Of a stretch of 34,403 nt of DNA, positions 17,347-27,170 are shown one piece after another. Below the pieces are notes generated by a model, which saw only the letters and a list, made by a program, of their open reading frames with translations, was not told where the DNA came from and made no database searches. The position numbers were made by a program, and so were the translations under genes. The stretch's first letter is position 1. Each line of letters opens with the position of its first letter. Source of the DNA: a virus; the UHGV virus genome UHGV-0101604. One strand, 5' to 3'.

Positions 17347-19324
17347 AACTATTAAAGATTTCCTCGTCTCGCTTGGCTTCAGTGTGGATGATGCAGGAGC
17401 GAAAAAGTTCGGTTCTGTCCTCGCCGGTACAACTGCAAATGTCATCAAAATGGGGCTGGCCGTCGAAGGAACTGCACTGTCCGTGGTGGCCTTCACGGCT
17501 AAGATCGCCTCCGGTCTGGATAATCTTTACTGGGCGTCACAGCGCACCGGCGCGACGGTCCATGGAATTCAGTCTATTGGCTATGCGGTTTCGCAGGTTG
17601 GCGGCAGTGCAGACGCTGCGCGCTCTTCTCTGGAAAGCCTCTCCCGGTTTATTCGTAACAATCCCGGTGCAGAGGGATTTCTGAATCGCCTGGGGGTACA
17701 GACACGGGATGCCAGCGGTAACATGCGTGACATGGCCTCTATTTTTACAGGTGTAGGCCAGAAGCTCAGCGGCATGCCGTATTACCGGGCTAACCTGTAT
17801 GCGCAGATGCTGGGCATTGACGAAAATACCCTTATGGCGATGCGCCGGGGTGTGGGTGGCTTCTCCGGGCAGTACAGCGCAATGGCGAAAGCTATCGGCT
17901 TCAATGCTGACGAGGCGGCCAGAAGCTCCAACAAATTTATGACCTCCCTGCGCGAGTTCGGCGCGATGGCAGGCATGGCCCGTGACAAAATCGGCTCTAA
18001 TCTTGCTGGTGGTCTGGCGGGTTCGCTGGACACACTGCGCCGCCACATCCTCGATAACTTCCCGCGCATCGAGCAGACCCTGACGAAAGCCATAAAAGGC
18101 ATTCTGGCGCTCGGAGACATCATCGGGCGGCTGTTCTTCAGGCTAATTGAGGGAACATCCAGCCTTATCACCTGGTGGCAATCGCTGGATAAGCAAACGC
18201 GGGAGCTCATCTCGCTGTTTGGCGCGCTGACGATTGCGCTGCGCATTCTGAACAGTACGTTCTGGATGTCGCCGATTGGCCTCATTACCGCGCTGGCGGC
18301 GGGGATTGCCCTTCTGTGGGAGGACTATCAGACCTGGAAGGAAGGCGGCGACAGCCTGATTGACTGGGGCAAGTGGAAGCCGGAGGTCGATGCCGCGCTG
18401 AAGATGGTTCGTGACCTGAAAGGGTCTGTTAATGAACTGGTGAAAGCGCTGGCGAAACTGCTCAATATTGACCCCAAATCATGGTCCCTGAAGTGGGATT
18501 TCAGCAACTTCATCGACCAGATGGGCGAATTCAGCAAAATGCTGAACATGATCGCCGACCTGCTCAACGCTATCAAAGATGGCCGCTGGGCTGATGCCGT
18601 CAGCATCGGCAAACAGATACTTAATCAGGGCAGCGAAAATCCGTCAGCGATGCCGATGGTTACAGACAGCGCTAACAGTACTGCCGACTGGATTAAAGAG
18701 CACTGGGGATTCGATCCCCGCAGTGTGGGCCGGACGGTACGCGGCTGGTTTGGTGATGATGAGCCGGAACAATATGCACAGGCTACGAAACGAGGAGAAC
18801 GGAATAACAATCCGGGAAACCTTAATTTTGCTGGTCAGGCAGGGGCTTCTCTTGAACGCCCGGGCGGGCGATTTGCCAGATTTGAAACTGCTTTTGATGG
18901 ATTACGGGCTCTTGCTCGTCAGTTAATGCTGTACGCCGGACGGGGAATAAACAGTGTGGAGAAAATTATCTCTACCTGGGCACCTGCGTCTGATAATAAC
19001 AACACAACTGCGTATATCAGGGCTGTATCGCAACGACTGGGAGTGGATCCCCGGGCTGCCCTGAATATGAGCGATCCGCAAACCATGTCAGCATTGATGA
19101 GCAGCATTATCCAGCATGAAAATGGAAGAAATATCTATTCTCGAGAGCTGATTAATAAGGCTGCCGTGGCGGGAATTAGTGGCAAAATGACAGAGGTTAA
19201 CCAGCAAAATACTTACCACATTTACGGTGGCGGAGATCCGCACGCTGTCGGTAATGAGGTTGCACGTCGGCAACAGTCTGCAAATGCTCAGGTCATGCGA
19301 AGTAATCAGGTGAGGGTGGGTTAG
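17336..19324 (+). CDS. Tail tape measure protein
   Basis: ATG at 17336 after GGAGAGAGG (track ORF starts at an upstream TTG); 662 aa, Ala/Gly/Leu-rich and helical, with a conserved C-terminal domain. Confidence 0.85.
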   Translation: MNAETIKDFLVSLGFSVDDAGAKKFGSVLAGTTANVIKMGLAVEGTALSVVAFTAKIASGLDNLYWASQRTGATVHGIQSIGYAVSQVGGSADAARSSLESLSRFIRNNPGAEGFLNRLGVQTRDASGNMRDMASIFTGVGQKLSGMPYYRANLYAQMLGIDENTLMAMRRGVGGFSGQYSAMAKAIGFNADEAARSSNKFMTSLREFGAMAGMARDKIGSNLAGGLAGSLDTLRRHILDNFPRIEQTLTKAIKGILALGDIIGRLFFRLIEGTSSLITWWQSLDKQTRELISLFGALTIALRILNSTFWMSPIGLITALAAGIALLWEDYQTWKEGGDSLIDWGKWKPEVDAALKMVRDLKGSVNELVKALAKLLNIDPKSWSLKWDFSNFIDQMGEFSKMLNMIADLLNAIKDGRWADAVSIGKQILNQGSENPSAMPMVTDSANSTADWIKEHWGFDPRSVGRTVRGWFGDDEPEQYAQATKRGERNNNPGNLNFAGQAGASLERPGGRFARFETAFDGLRALARQLMLYAGRGINSVEKIISTWAPASDNNNTTAYIRAVSQRLGVDPRAALNMSDPQTMSALMSSIIQHENGRNIYSRELINKAAVAGISGKMTEVNQQNTYHIYGGGDPHAVGNEVARRQQSANAQVMRSNQVRVG

Positions 19325-19911
19325 TGGATATTCTCTCTACACTTTTTCATCAGCAGAGCAGAAAAATAGGAATGATTGTTCCCAGTGTTGTTATTTCAGA
19401 GAAGCATACAGATATGCTTGAAATAACAGAGCATCCGGTAGAGGTCGGGGCCGCTGTCGCTGATCATGCCTATAAAAAACCGTCAGAAGTGGTGATGGAG
19501 GTTGGTTTCGCCGGTGGCGGCGCATTGCTGGATTTTGCCAGTAATCTGACGGCTACCAGCCTGCTCGGCCTGAGTCCTCAGCAGACGTATCAGGAGCTAC
19601 TGGATCTGCAGGAAAGCCGTATCCCCTTCGATGTGGTAACCGGTAAACGGCTGTACAGCAACATGTTGATCCGGGCGCTGGAAGTGACGACGGACAAGAC
19701 AACCGAAAACGTCCTGTCCGCCGTCCTCACCCTGAGGGAGGTCATTATCTCCCGGACACAGCAGATTACCGTCGCGGATAAAACCAACATGAAGGAAGGG
19801 GCCAGCACGTCGGCGGTACAGAACAGCGGCAACAAAACCACAAAACCTCCAGATACTTCACTGCTGAAAAGCATCACGGGTAACGTGGCGTCATTACTGG
19901 GGGGCGGCTAA
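19324..19911 (+). CDS. Tail / baseplate-associated protein
   Basis: 195-aa ORF beginning with GTG overlapping the tape measure stop, GAGGGTGGG upstream; function from position. Confidence 0.55.
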   Translation: MDILSTLFHQQSRKIGMIVPSVVISEKHTDMLEITEHPVEVGAAVADHAYKKPSEVVMEVGFAGGGALLDFASNLTATSLLGLSPQQTYQELLDLQESRIPFDVVTGKRLYSNMLIRALEVTTDKTTENVLSAVLTLREVIISRTQQITVADKTNMKEGASTSAVQNSGNKTTKPPDTSLLKSITGNVASLLGGG

Positions 19912-20213
19912 TGACAATTCAGGAAATTCCGCTGACAGCGGACAACCAGCAGTTCAGCATCGTCCTGGGTGGTGTCACCTGGCGGATTAGCATCATATGG
20001 CGCGATCTGTACTGGATTATGGACCTGCAGAACGACAGAGGGGAGCCGGTAATCTCCGGTATTCCTCTCGTCACTGGTGCTGACCTGCTGGCGCAGTACG
20101 CCTGTATGGGGCTTGGTTTTAAGCTGGTGGTGGTCTGTGATGACAACACACAGGATTACCCCACAAAAACTGACCTGGGCGGTCGCAGCCATTTACTGGT
20201 ATCAACGGAGTAA
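19911..20213 (+). CDS. Small tail / baseplate protein
   Basis: 100-aa ORF, start overlaps the upstream stop (TAATG); function from position. Confidence 0.5.
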   Translation: MTIQEIPLTADNQQFSIVLGGVTWRISIIWRDLYWIMDLQNDRGEPVISGIPLVTGADLLAQYACMGLGFKLVVVCDDNTQDYPTKTDLGGRSHLLVSTE

Positions 20214-20215
20214 GC

Positions 20216-21277
20216 ATGTCACAGAACTGGATGAGACATTTCGAGCTGCAGCTTGTGGACGGGAACGGTCAGGGAATTGAGCTAAGTGATTTTAAAGTCA
20301 CCTTTACGATCGACTGGTTCAACATCAGCAGCGCGTCCCGGGTAGGGACTATCAAAATTTATAACCTCTCGGCAGATACTGTGAACCGAATCACCGGGCA
20401 GGAGTTTTCGAAAGTGCGTCTGATTGCCGGTTACGACGGTATCGCGCCGGAGGTGTCGGCAAGCGACGTCGGGACCGTGCGGGAAGTTGACGCGGCGGAC
20501 GTGGGTCAGAGTGATGGCCGCAACTACGGACTGATTTTCAGCGGTGAAATTCGCTACTCGGTCACAGGAAAAGACAGTCCGGTTGATTCCTACGTCCTGA
20601 TTCAGGCAGCAGATACTGATCTGGCTTTTGCCACCAGTATAACCTCACAGACGCTGGCTGCCGGTTACACGGTCGCTGATGTAAACCGTGCGCTGATGAA
20701 AGACTTCGAAGCCAAAGGCGCGACCGAAGGCCTGACGCCTGAAATGCCTGCTACTGTATTCCCCCGGGGGCGGGTACTCTTTGGCATGACGCGGCATCTA
20801 ATGGATAACGTAGCCGGGCAATGTGGCGCAACATGGCAATTCGTGGACGGTCAGCGCCAGATGGTGGCGAATAACGAATATGTTCATGAAGCGATTGTGC
20901 TCAACAGCGCTACCGGGCTTATTGGCATGCCGCAGCAGACTATCGGTAACGGCGTAAACGTCCGCGCGCTTATTAATCCGAACATCCGGGTTAACGGACT
21001 TATTCAGCTGGATCAGGCTTCCGTGTATCGTACCGCCTTGTCGAACAACGATATTGCGATGGCTGGTGGTCAGATCACCGACCAGAACACGGATGGAAAT
21101 ATCACGCTAAGCGGCACCACATCGCAGCCTGCCAGCATCGCAACGGATGGCGTTTATATTGTGCGCGGGATTATGTACACTGGCGACACAAGGGGCCAGG
21201 CGTGGTACATGGATATGATGTGCGAAGCGCGTGGCGCGGCGGATCTGTATACGCGATCGGCTTTGCAAAGGGGATGA
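20216..21277 (+). CDS. Baseplate hub-like / late tail protein
   Basis: 353-aa ORF with RBS GGAG; located between tape measure and baseplate spike genes. Confidence 0.65.
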   Translation: MSQNWMRHFELQLVDGNGQGIELSDFKVTFTIDWFNISSASRVGTIKIYNLSADTVNRITGQEFSKVRLIAGYDGIAPEVSASDVGTVREVDAADVGQSDGRNYGLIFSGEIRYSVTGKDSPVDSYVLIQAADTDLAFATSITSQTLAAGYTVADVNRALMKDFEAKGATEGLTPEMPATVFPRGRVLFGMTRHLMDNVAGQCGATWQFVDGQRQMVANNEYVHEAIVLNSATGLIGMPQQTIGNGVNVRALINPNIRVNGLIQLDQASVYRTALSNNDIAMAGGQITDQNTDGNITLSGTTSQPASIATDGVYIVRGIMYTGDTRGQAWYMDMMCEARGAADLYTRSALQRG

Positions 21278-21280
21278 GCA

Positions 21281-21622
21281 ATGAGGGGTATTATTTTTCT
21301 GTTAGCTGTTTTTTCTGCGTGCAGCGCGTGGGCGGATGGCTTCACGGTTAAATGCGGTGGCTACACTATGGTTGCAAACCAGGGCGAGTTATCGACTATC
21401 AACGGTGAAAGAGTTACCTCTCAAAAAATCACCGAACTGGGTACCAATGGTTTGAAAGTAGACATGGGGCTTATGCCTGCCAAAGACGGTAACAACTACG
21501 GCTTTGAATACATTCGTCGCCCTGGCACCGAAACGCGTTTCCTGAACGTCCAGCTTCTGCAGAACAGCATGGATGCGCCTAAAATCATCGGATCATTCCC
21601 TTGTAAAAAGGCGTTACGCTAA
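21281..21622 (+). CDS. Small secreted protein (cleavable signal peptide), moron-like
   Basis: N-terminus MRGIIFLLAVFSACSAWA-DG is a classic Sec signal peptide with A-x-A cleavage site; 113 aa; inserted in the tail module; no structural-protein features recognised. Confidence 0.6.
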   Translation: MRGIIFLLAVFSACSAWADGFTVKCGGYTMVANQGELSTINGERVTSQKITELGTNGLKVDMGLMPAKDGNNYGFEYIRRPGTETRFLNVQLLQNSMDAPKIIGSFPCKKALR

Positions 21623-21717
21623 AGTTTGATGTCAATCTTCCGAGATGAGCGCTTTAAGGTTGACGAGATATTGTTCAAAGTTCACAATCACAATCCCTTT
21701 AGTAAGAGAAATAATCC

Positions 21718-22491
21718 ATGGCGGCAGGCATCCCATTAGAAAAAGCGCAAAAATATATTGAACAATTCAATGCGCTTCTATTGGATAGGGAAAGTTTAGA
21801 TCCCTTCACTGAAAAGAAAATTCGAGAGGAACTTTCTGTCTCTCCAACGCCTGCTACCAACATTGCACTATCTTATCTGGATGCAATAACCGGAAAGATT
21901 GAAAGCGCGTTACGTTATCTCAGGATAAGCCTAGAAGTAAACGATGTAACGTTGGCAATGCACTATCATCACATTTTAATTAATACATTTAGCTATAATG
22001 AACTCAAGGATGTCTATGTCCCGCTGGCAAAGAAGTATCGGACAAAACTCTTTAGTCACAACGCATACAGTTGGGCGTACCGTTGCGGCGAGCGTGAACA
22101 GTTAAAATTTTATATGGAAGAGCACATTAAGCTTCTTTCTGAATCAGAAGGCAGGAGTAATGCTATGAAGCACAAAGAAGAACTCCTTGCAGAAATGGAT
22201 AATTTCTATAGCGCCACACAGTGCTCGAAGGAACAGTTCCAGACCTTAGCATCCATAATCTGGGGCTTGCTAAGTGAATACAAGGCTACGACAGGTTTCG
22301 TTCAGCTTAGTGGAAGCGGTTGCTATGTTGTTGATATTAAAAATCTTGAGCCTAAAACTATTGCCAAAATGAACTTCGACTTGGCTGATAGAGTCTGCGC
22401 TGAATCTAAACTGGATGATTGTTCCCTGTTAGCTAGATTTACCTCTCCGCGTCAGTTGCATACGGGGGTGAGCTACCATGTCGGTAACTAG
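21718..22491 (+). CDS. Hypothetical 257-aa protein, first gene of an AT-rich two-gene cassette
   Basis: ATG at 21718 after an AT-rich intergenic region; mostly helical-looking sequence with no motif I recognise; its 3' end overlaps the start of the next gene by 14 nt. Confidence 0.7.
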   Translation: MAAGIPLEKAQKYIEQFNALLLDRESLDPFTEKKIREELSVSPTPATNIALSYLDAITGKIESALRYLRISLEVNDVTLAMHYHHILINTFSYNELKDVYVPLAKKYRTKLFSHNAYSWAYRCGEREQLKFYMEEHIKLLSESEGRSNAMKHKEELLAEMDNFYSATQCSKEQFQTLASIIWGLLSEYKATTGFVQLSGSGCYVVDIKNLEPKTIAKMNFDLADRVCAESKLDDCSLLARFTSPRQLHTGVSYHVGN

Positions 22492-22873
22492 CAATCAGAT
22501 TCTCGATACCGCTCGATTATGTCTGTCTGAAAATATTGAGAGTGGATTTCGAAGCGCTATCTCAAGGGCGTATTACAGTATGTTACATGAGTCTATTAGC
22601 TCACTTACTGCCATACCGCATTTTACCCATGAGCATCACAAAAATACTGTGGGTTATATGTCAACGCCCTCAGAGTGCAAATCAGAGCCATACCCGACAA
22701 ATACACTGAAATCCCTAGCTTTCGTACTTCGCCAGTGGCGGGATGCTAGAAATGAAGCTGACTATGATCTGACGAATGTGACTGTTTCGAAAGAGATGGG
22801 ACAGGATGCAATCGAGGCTGCTGAACTCTATTTTGAGCGCTGGGAACAGCTAAAGTCTGCTAGAGTTTCATGA
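22478..22873 (+). CDS. HEPN-like small protein (candidate RNase/toxin), second gene of the cassette
   Basis: 131 aa, RBS GGGGGTGAG; N-terminal helix signature SRAYYSMLHES and C-terminal RDARNEADYD resemble conserved HEPN-fold motifs (Rx4-6H-type signature and variants), from memory; followed by a strong terminator. Confidence 0.65.
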   Translation: MSVTSNQILDTARLCLSENIESGFRSAISRAYYSMLHESISSLTAIPHFTHEHHKNTVGYMSTPSECKSEPYPTNTLKSLAFVLRQWRDARNEADYDLTNVTVSKEMGQDAIEAAELYFERWEQLKSARVS

Positions 22874-22890
22874 ATAAAATTAACGTTATC

Positions 22891-22914
22891 AAACCCGCTT
22901 CGGCGGGTTTTTTG
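22891..22914 (+). terminator. Rho-independent terminator ending the two-gene cassette
   Basis: AAACCCGC-TTCG-GCGGGTTT hairpin followed by TTTTG, 18 nt after the stop of the HEPN-like gene. Confidence 0.75.
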
Positions 22915-22932
22915 CTTTCTGGAGCCTACTAA

Positions 22933-23685
22933 ATGGCAGTATCTGACCAGACCCGCAGCGGCGACCTTGCCGAAACATTCAAATCTGAACGGGAAACAAC
23001 AAAGAACCAGATCCGTGTCGCCTTGCCTGGCATTATTCAGTCATTCGATCCTGATGCGGTGACGGCAGTTGTGCAGCCTGCTATCCGTTCGGTTGAAAAG
23101 GATAATGACGGCAACCGCATTACCAAAAATTACCCATTGCTGGTGGATGTGCCAGTGGTATTCCCGCGCGGCGGAGGATGTACGCTAACGTTCCCAGTTA
23201 AAGCCGGTGATGAATGTTTGGTGATTTTTGCCGATCGTTGTATTGATTTCTGGTGGCAGAGTGGCGGGATACAGGAGTCGGTCGATGACAGAATGCATGA
23301 TTTATCGGATGCGTTTTGTATTGTCGGTCCCCAGTCGCAGGCAAGGAAGATTAGCGGTATTAATACCAGTGCCACACAGTTGCGTAGTGATGACGGCAGC
23401 ACCTATTTTGAGCTTAATCCTGATACCAGGAAAATTAAAATTGTCGCTCCAGGTGGTCTTGATGTGGTTGCCCCTCTGGCTGATTTTTCTGAGAAAGTAA
23501 CCATTCATGGCCTGTTAACCTGGATGGGGGGCATGGTGGGGTCTGTGGTTTCTGGTGTGGCTTCAAAAATCACTGGTGCTGTTGAGTTTTTGGGGAGCGT
23601 GAAGGCTAATGGCAAGCCAATCGATGATACACACACTCATGGTGGTGTTCAGCGTGGTGGAAGCAGTACCGACGGGGTAAACTGA
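22933..23685 (+). CDS. Baseplate assembly protein V-like (central spike)
   Basis: 250 aa with RBS GGAG; C-terminal HTHGGVQRGGSSTDG segment typical of gpV-type spike proteins; followed by gpW- and gpJ-like genes. Confidence 0.8.
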   Translation: MAVSDQTRSGDLAETFKSERETTKNQIRVALPGIIQSFDPDAVTAVVQPAIRSVEKDNDGNRITKNYPLLVDVPVVFPRGGGCTLTFPVKAGDECLVIFADRCIDFWWQSGGIQESVDDRMHDLSDAFCIVGPQSQARKISGINTSATQLRSDDGSTYFELNPDTRKIKIVAPGGLDVVAPLADFSEKVTIHGLLTWMGGMVGSVVSGVASKITGAVEFLGSVKANGKPIDDTHTHGGVQRGGSSTDGVN

Positions 23686-24038
23686 TGCGATACAGACGTG
23701 AAGACGCCGATGGCGATTACACCTTTGGCAGCGGTGATGACACCTGGCTGATTAACTCGCCTGAGGCCGTAGCGCAGGCTGTGAAAACGCGATTCGAATT
23801 GTGGTATGGGCAATGGTTTCTTGATACCACAGAGGGAACACCGTGGATCCAGTCCGTGCTGGGCAGGCAAAAACCAGAAACTTACAACCTGGCGATCCGT
23901 AAGCGCATCCTCGAAACGCAGGGCGTTAAATCAATCCTCTCTTTCAATACGACGGTGGATACCACGACCCGACGTGTCATGTTTTCCGCTGAAATCGACA
24001 CTCTCTATGGAATAACGACTGTTACATCGGAGGCGTAA
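23685..24038 (+). CDS. Baseplate protein gpW-like
   Basis: 117 aa, ATGA-coupled between V-like and J-like genes; size and order match gpW/gp25-like baseplate wedge proteins. Confidence 0.7.
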   Translation: MRYRREDADGDYTFGSGDDTWLINSPEAVAQAVKTRFELWYGQWFLDTTEGTPWIQSVLGRQKPETYNLAIRKRILETQGVKSILSFNTTVDTTTRRVMFSAEIDTLYGITTVTSEA

Positions 24039-25237
24039 TGGCTCTGAACCTTGATTCTCTCGGTTTATCTGCAAAGGTAACCGCGGAGGGGATCAGTGCG
24101 CCTGATTATCAGACGATACTCAGCACCCTGATTAGCTATTTTCAGCAGATTTATGGTAGTGATGCCTACCTCGAACCGGACAGTAAAGACGGTCAGATGG
24201 TGGCTCTGATGGCGCTGGCGATTCATGATGCCAATAATATGGCGATAACTGTCTACAACTGTTTTTCACCGGCAACTGGCTATGGGGCTGCACTGACCAG
24301 TAACGTGAAAATAAATGGTATTTCACGTAAAGGCGCGACGAATTCTACGGTTGATTTGCTTCTTACAGGAACTGCCGGAACAACCATCATTAATGGCAGC
24401 GTGAAAGACAGTAATAATGTGATATGGCGTTTGCCTGCTTCAGTGGTGGTCGGCGTGGATGGTACAGTGATGGTGACCGCAAAATGTTCCGTCAGTGGTG
24501 CAGTGGCGGCGCTGGCTGGAACTATCACTGAAATTAATACGCCAACCCGTGGCTGGGTTTCGGTAACCAATCCTGCTGCAGCTACTGTAGGCACTCCAGC
24601 AGAAACTGATGCGGAGTTACGTATCCGCCAGTCGCAAAGTGTTGCGTTGCCATCAATAACCCCATTTGAAGCACTGGATGGTGCTGTTTCTAATGTTACC
24701 GGTGTAACCCGCCACAAACTCTATGAAAACGATACTGGTTCGGAGGACGGTAACGGGTTACCGCCACACTCTGTTGCTGTAATTGTGGATGGCGGTGATG
24801 TGACGGATATTGCTCAGGCTATCAGAGGAAATAAAGGCCAGGGGACAGCCACTCACGGTACAACATCCGTTACGGTTCCGGATAAATACGGCAATCCCCA
24901 TGTAATCAAATTCTCGCGCTCTAGTGATGTGCCTGTTTATGCCCGGATTAAATTAAAAGTTTTTACGGGTTATACCTCACAGATAGGGCAGCAGATCCAG
25001 CAGGCTATTTCCGACTATATCAATAGTCTGATGATTGGTGATTCGGTCCTTTTAAGTCGCATTTACTCACCGGCGAATCTTGGCGTGGTGAGTGGCGGGA
25101 ATGCACGCTATTACGATATTCAGGAACTGACGATTGGGAAATCCCCGGGGGCTTTGTCGTCATCAAACATTGATATCAGATACAACGAATCTGCGTCCTG
25201 TACACCGGAAAATATCGTTATAACGGTGGAGTCATGA
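24038..25237 (+). CDS. Baseplate J-like protein
   Basis: 399 aa, translationally coupled; size and position consistent with Baseplate_J family wedge protein. Confidence 0.8.
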   Translation: MALNLDSLGLSAKVTAEGISAPDYQTILSTLISYFQQIYGSDAYLEPDSKDGQMVALMALAIHDANNMAITVYNCFSPATGYGAALTSNVKINGISRKGATNSTVDLLLTGTAGTTIINGSVKDSNNVIWRLPASVVVGVDGTVMVTAKCSVSGAVAALAGTITEINTPTRGWVSVTNPAAATVGTPAETDAELRIRQSQSVALPSITPFEALDGAVSNVTGVTRHKLYENDTGSEDGNGLPPHSVAVIVDGGDVTDIAQAIRGNKGQGTATHGTTSVTVPDKYGNPHVIKFSRSSDVPVYARIKLKVFTGYTSQIGQQIQQAISDYINSLMIGDSVLLSRIYSPANLGVVSGGNARYYDIQELTIGKSPGALSSSNIDIRYNESASCTPENIVITVES

Positions 25238-25914
25238 GCAAATATACCGAACTAATCACGAACTACCACGCCACCAAACCTAAATTTCTTGCACATGTTG
25301 ATCTGATGACCCGGCCGCTTATTGATGTTGCGGCGGCCACCAGAGGGCTGATTACTGCATTTGATATTGACTCTGCGGTTGGTGTGCAACTTGACATTCT
25401 GGGATTGTGGATCGGACGTAGCCGTGTTGTCAGCCAGCCTATCTCAGGTGTCTATTTCAGCTGGGATACCGACGGGCTTGGATATGATCAGGGTGTATGG
25501 CAGGGGCCATACGATCCTGATTCCGGATACATGTACCTCAGCGATGAAACTTATCGTGTCATCCTTAAAGCGAAGATTGCGATTAATAACTGGGACGGAC
25601 GGAATGATTCGCTTCCAGCAATTCTTGACGCTGCAACAGCAGGATCCGGGCTGCGAATGCAGATAGTCGATAACCAGGACATGACGATATCGGTCTGGGT
25701 CTTTCCTGATACTGATATTTCAGATGTATCGCGTGAGTTAATTGCGGCAATTAAACAGGGGTATCTAACAGTAAAAGCCGCCGGGGTATGGGCGGGGGGC
25801 ATTGAAACACCTTCGGTGGAAACTCCATCGGAAGGCTCTAAATTTTTTGGTTTTGATATGGATAACGAATTCATCAGTGGTTTTGATGTAGGGGCATGGG
25901 GAGTATTACTCTGA
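25234..25914 (+). CDS. Baseplate/tail protein (gpI-like)
   Basis: 226 aa, ATGA-coupled to J-like gene and to the tail fibre gene; gene order. Confidence 0.7.
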   Translation: MSKYTELITNYHATKPKFLAHVDLMTRPLIDVAAATRGLITAFDIDSAVGVQLDILGLWIGRSRVVSQPISGVYFSWDTDGLGYDQGVWQGPYDPDSGYMYLSDETYRVILKAKIAINNWDGRNDSLPAILDAATAGSGLRMQIVDNQDMTISVWVFPDTDISDVSRELIAAIKQGYLTVKAAGVWAGGIETPSVETPSEGSKFFGFDMDNEFISGFDVGAWGVLL

Positions 25915-26612
25915 TGGCGAAAAATGACTTTAAAGCGTTTGCAACTGATCGAAATGCCAATGTTATGTCGCAGGAGGAATGGGAAGCGTTGCCTGCGCTT
26001 ATATCCGGATTTACAGCAGGGAAAGCATCCAGTGCGCAAGTCAATAAGGTTATTCGGCAGGCCAGCTTTATTGCTGCAGCTCTGGCCCAGTTTGTAAGTG
26101 ATAAAACGCAACGGGATGTGCTTGATAATGGTGATCTGCCCGGTTTTGTTGAATTGCTGGGATCGGGGTTTGCTGTTGAATACCTGAGCCGCAAGAATCC
26201 GTTTGGCGATATCAAATCGGATGGCACGGTGAAAACGGCTCTCGAAAACCTTGGTTTGGGAGAAGCAGCTAAAAGGAATGTAGGTACAGGGGCGAATCAG
26301 ATACCTGATATGAGCCTGTTCGCGTCAATTAATACCGTAACGGCTGCTGCGCAAAAATTTCCGTCTGGATTAATTTTACAGTGCGGTCAGTTGAATGGTG
26401 CCCCGAATGTATCTTCAACATACGGGATGAGGTTCCCGATGACGTTCTCAAGAGTAATTGCTGTCGTAGTTACATTGAACGTTACTGGCGCGGCTGGGCA
26501 GCCGACTGTATCGGCGACAAGTGTCCAGAACACTGGATTTAATATTACTGTGTCGCCCGGTTCAGGATACGGTTCATCTGCTGATGCGTATTACATTGCA
26601 ATGGGATATTAA
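25914..26612 (+). CDS. Tail fibre protein (short)
   Basis: ATG at 25914 overlapping the upstream stop, GGGAG upstream; conserved N-terminal anchor-like region ([57 protein letters not shown]), then a Gly/Ser/Thr-rich distal region. Confidence 0.7.
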   Translation: MAKNDFKAFATDRNANVMSQEEWEALPALISGFTAGKASSAQVNKVIRQASFIAAALAQFVSDKTQRDVLDNGDLPGFVELLGSGFAVEYLSRKNPFGDIKSDGTVKTALENLGLGEAAKRNVGTGANQIPDMSLFASINTVTAAAQKFPSGLILQCGQLNGAPNVSSTYGMRFPMTFSRVIAVVVTLNVTGAAGQPTVSATSVQNTGFNITVSPGSGYGSSADAYYIAMGY

Positions 26613-26616
26613 CAAA

Positions 26617-27018
26617 ATGTCATATTTTTATTCTGCATCGACAAACGGATTTTATTCGACTGAATTTCACGGCACCAATATTCCTGATGATGCAGTGGAA
26701 ATCTCGGAATCAGAGTGGAAAACACTGATTAATGCACAGAGTGTAACAAAAATGATTACCTGTGGTGAGAACGGTCATCCTGTCATTGTTGACCGTCCTT
26801 CTCCAACACCAGAACAATTAGCCTTAATAAATGATGAAAAGAAATCTGCACTGATAGCAGAGGCAACGAATGTAATAGCTCCGCTTCAGGATGCGGTTGA
26901 TTTAGATATGGCAACAGATGATGAAACGAAACTGTTACTGGCATGGAAAAAATATCGGGTGCTGCTTATGCGTGTTAATGTAGTAAAACCCGAGTGGCCT
27001 ATGCATCCAAATAAATAG
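26617..27018 (+). CDS. Tail fibre assembly protein (Tfa-like chaperone)
   Basis: 133-aa product MSYFYSASTNGFYSTEFHGTNIPDDAVEISESEWKTLINAQ... typical of Tfa/gpG-like proteins; directly downstream of the fibre gene. Confidence 0.75.
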   Translation: MSYFYSASTNGFYSTEFHGTNIPDDAVEISESEWKTLINAQSVTKMITCGENGHPVIVDRPSPTPEQLALINDEKKSALIAEATNVIAPLQDAVDLDMATDDETKLLLAWKKYRVLLMRVNVVKPEWPMHPNK

Positions 27019-27170
27019 ACTTGTTAATCTAGGGTGATTGTTGGAATAATACGCATTTTTCAGTAGGTCCAGATAGCCTGGGTATAATGCTCACTTCTAC
27101 AATGATTTCAACTTATTTTATTTAATTGATATTACGAAACTTAACTCATACATAAACAATATGACTCAAT

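Noticed and set aside
17537-18612. Several minus-strand ORFs (169, 167, 94 aa) inside the tape measure gene
   Set aside because: Shadow ORFs on the opposite strand of a long GC-rich gene; compositionally biased products.
25551-26227. Minus-strand ORFs (186 aa, 117 aa) overlapping the gpI-like and tail fibre genes
   Set aside because: Antisense to coupled structural genes; no start context; likely spurious.
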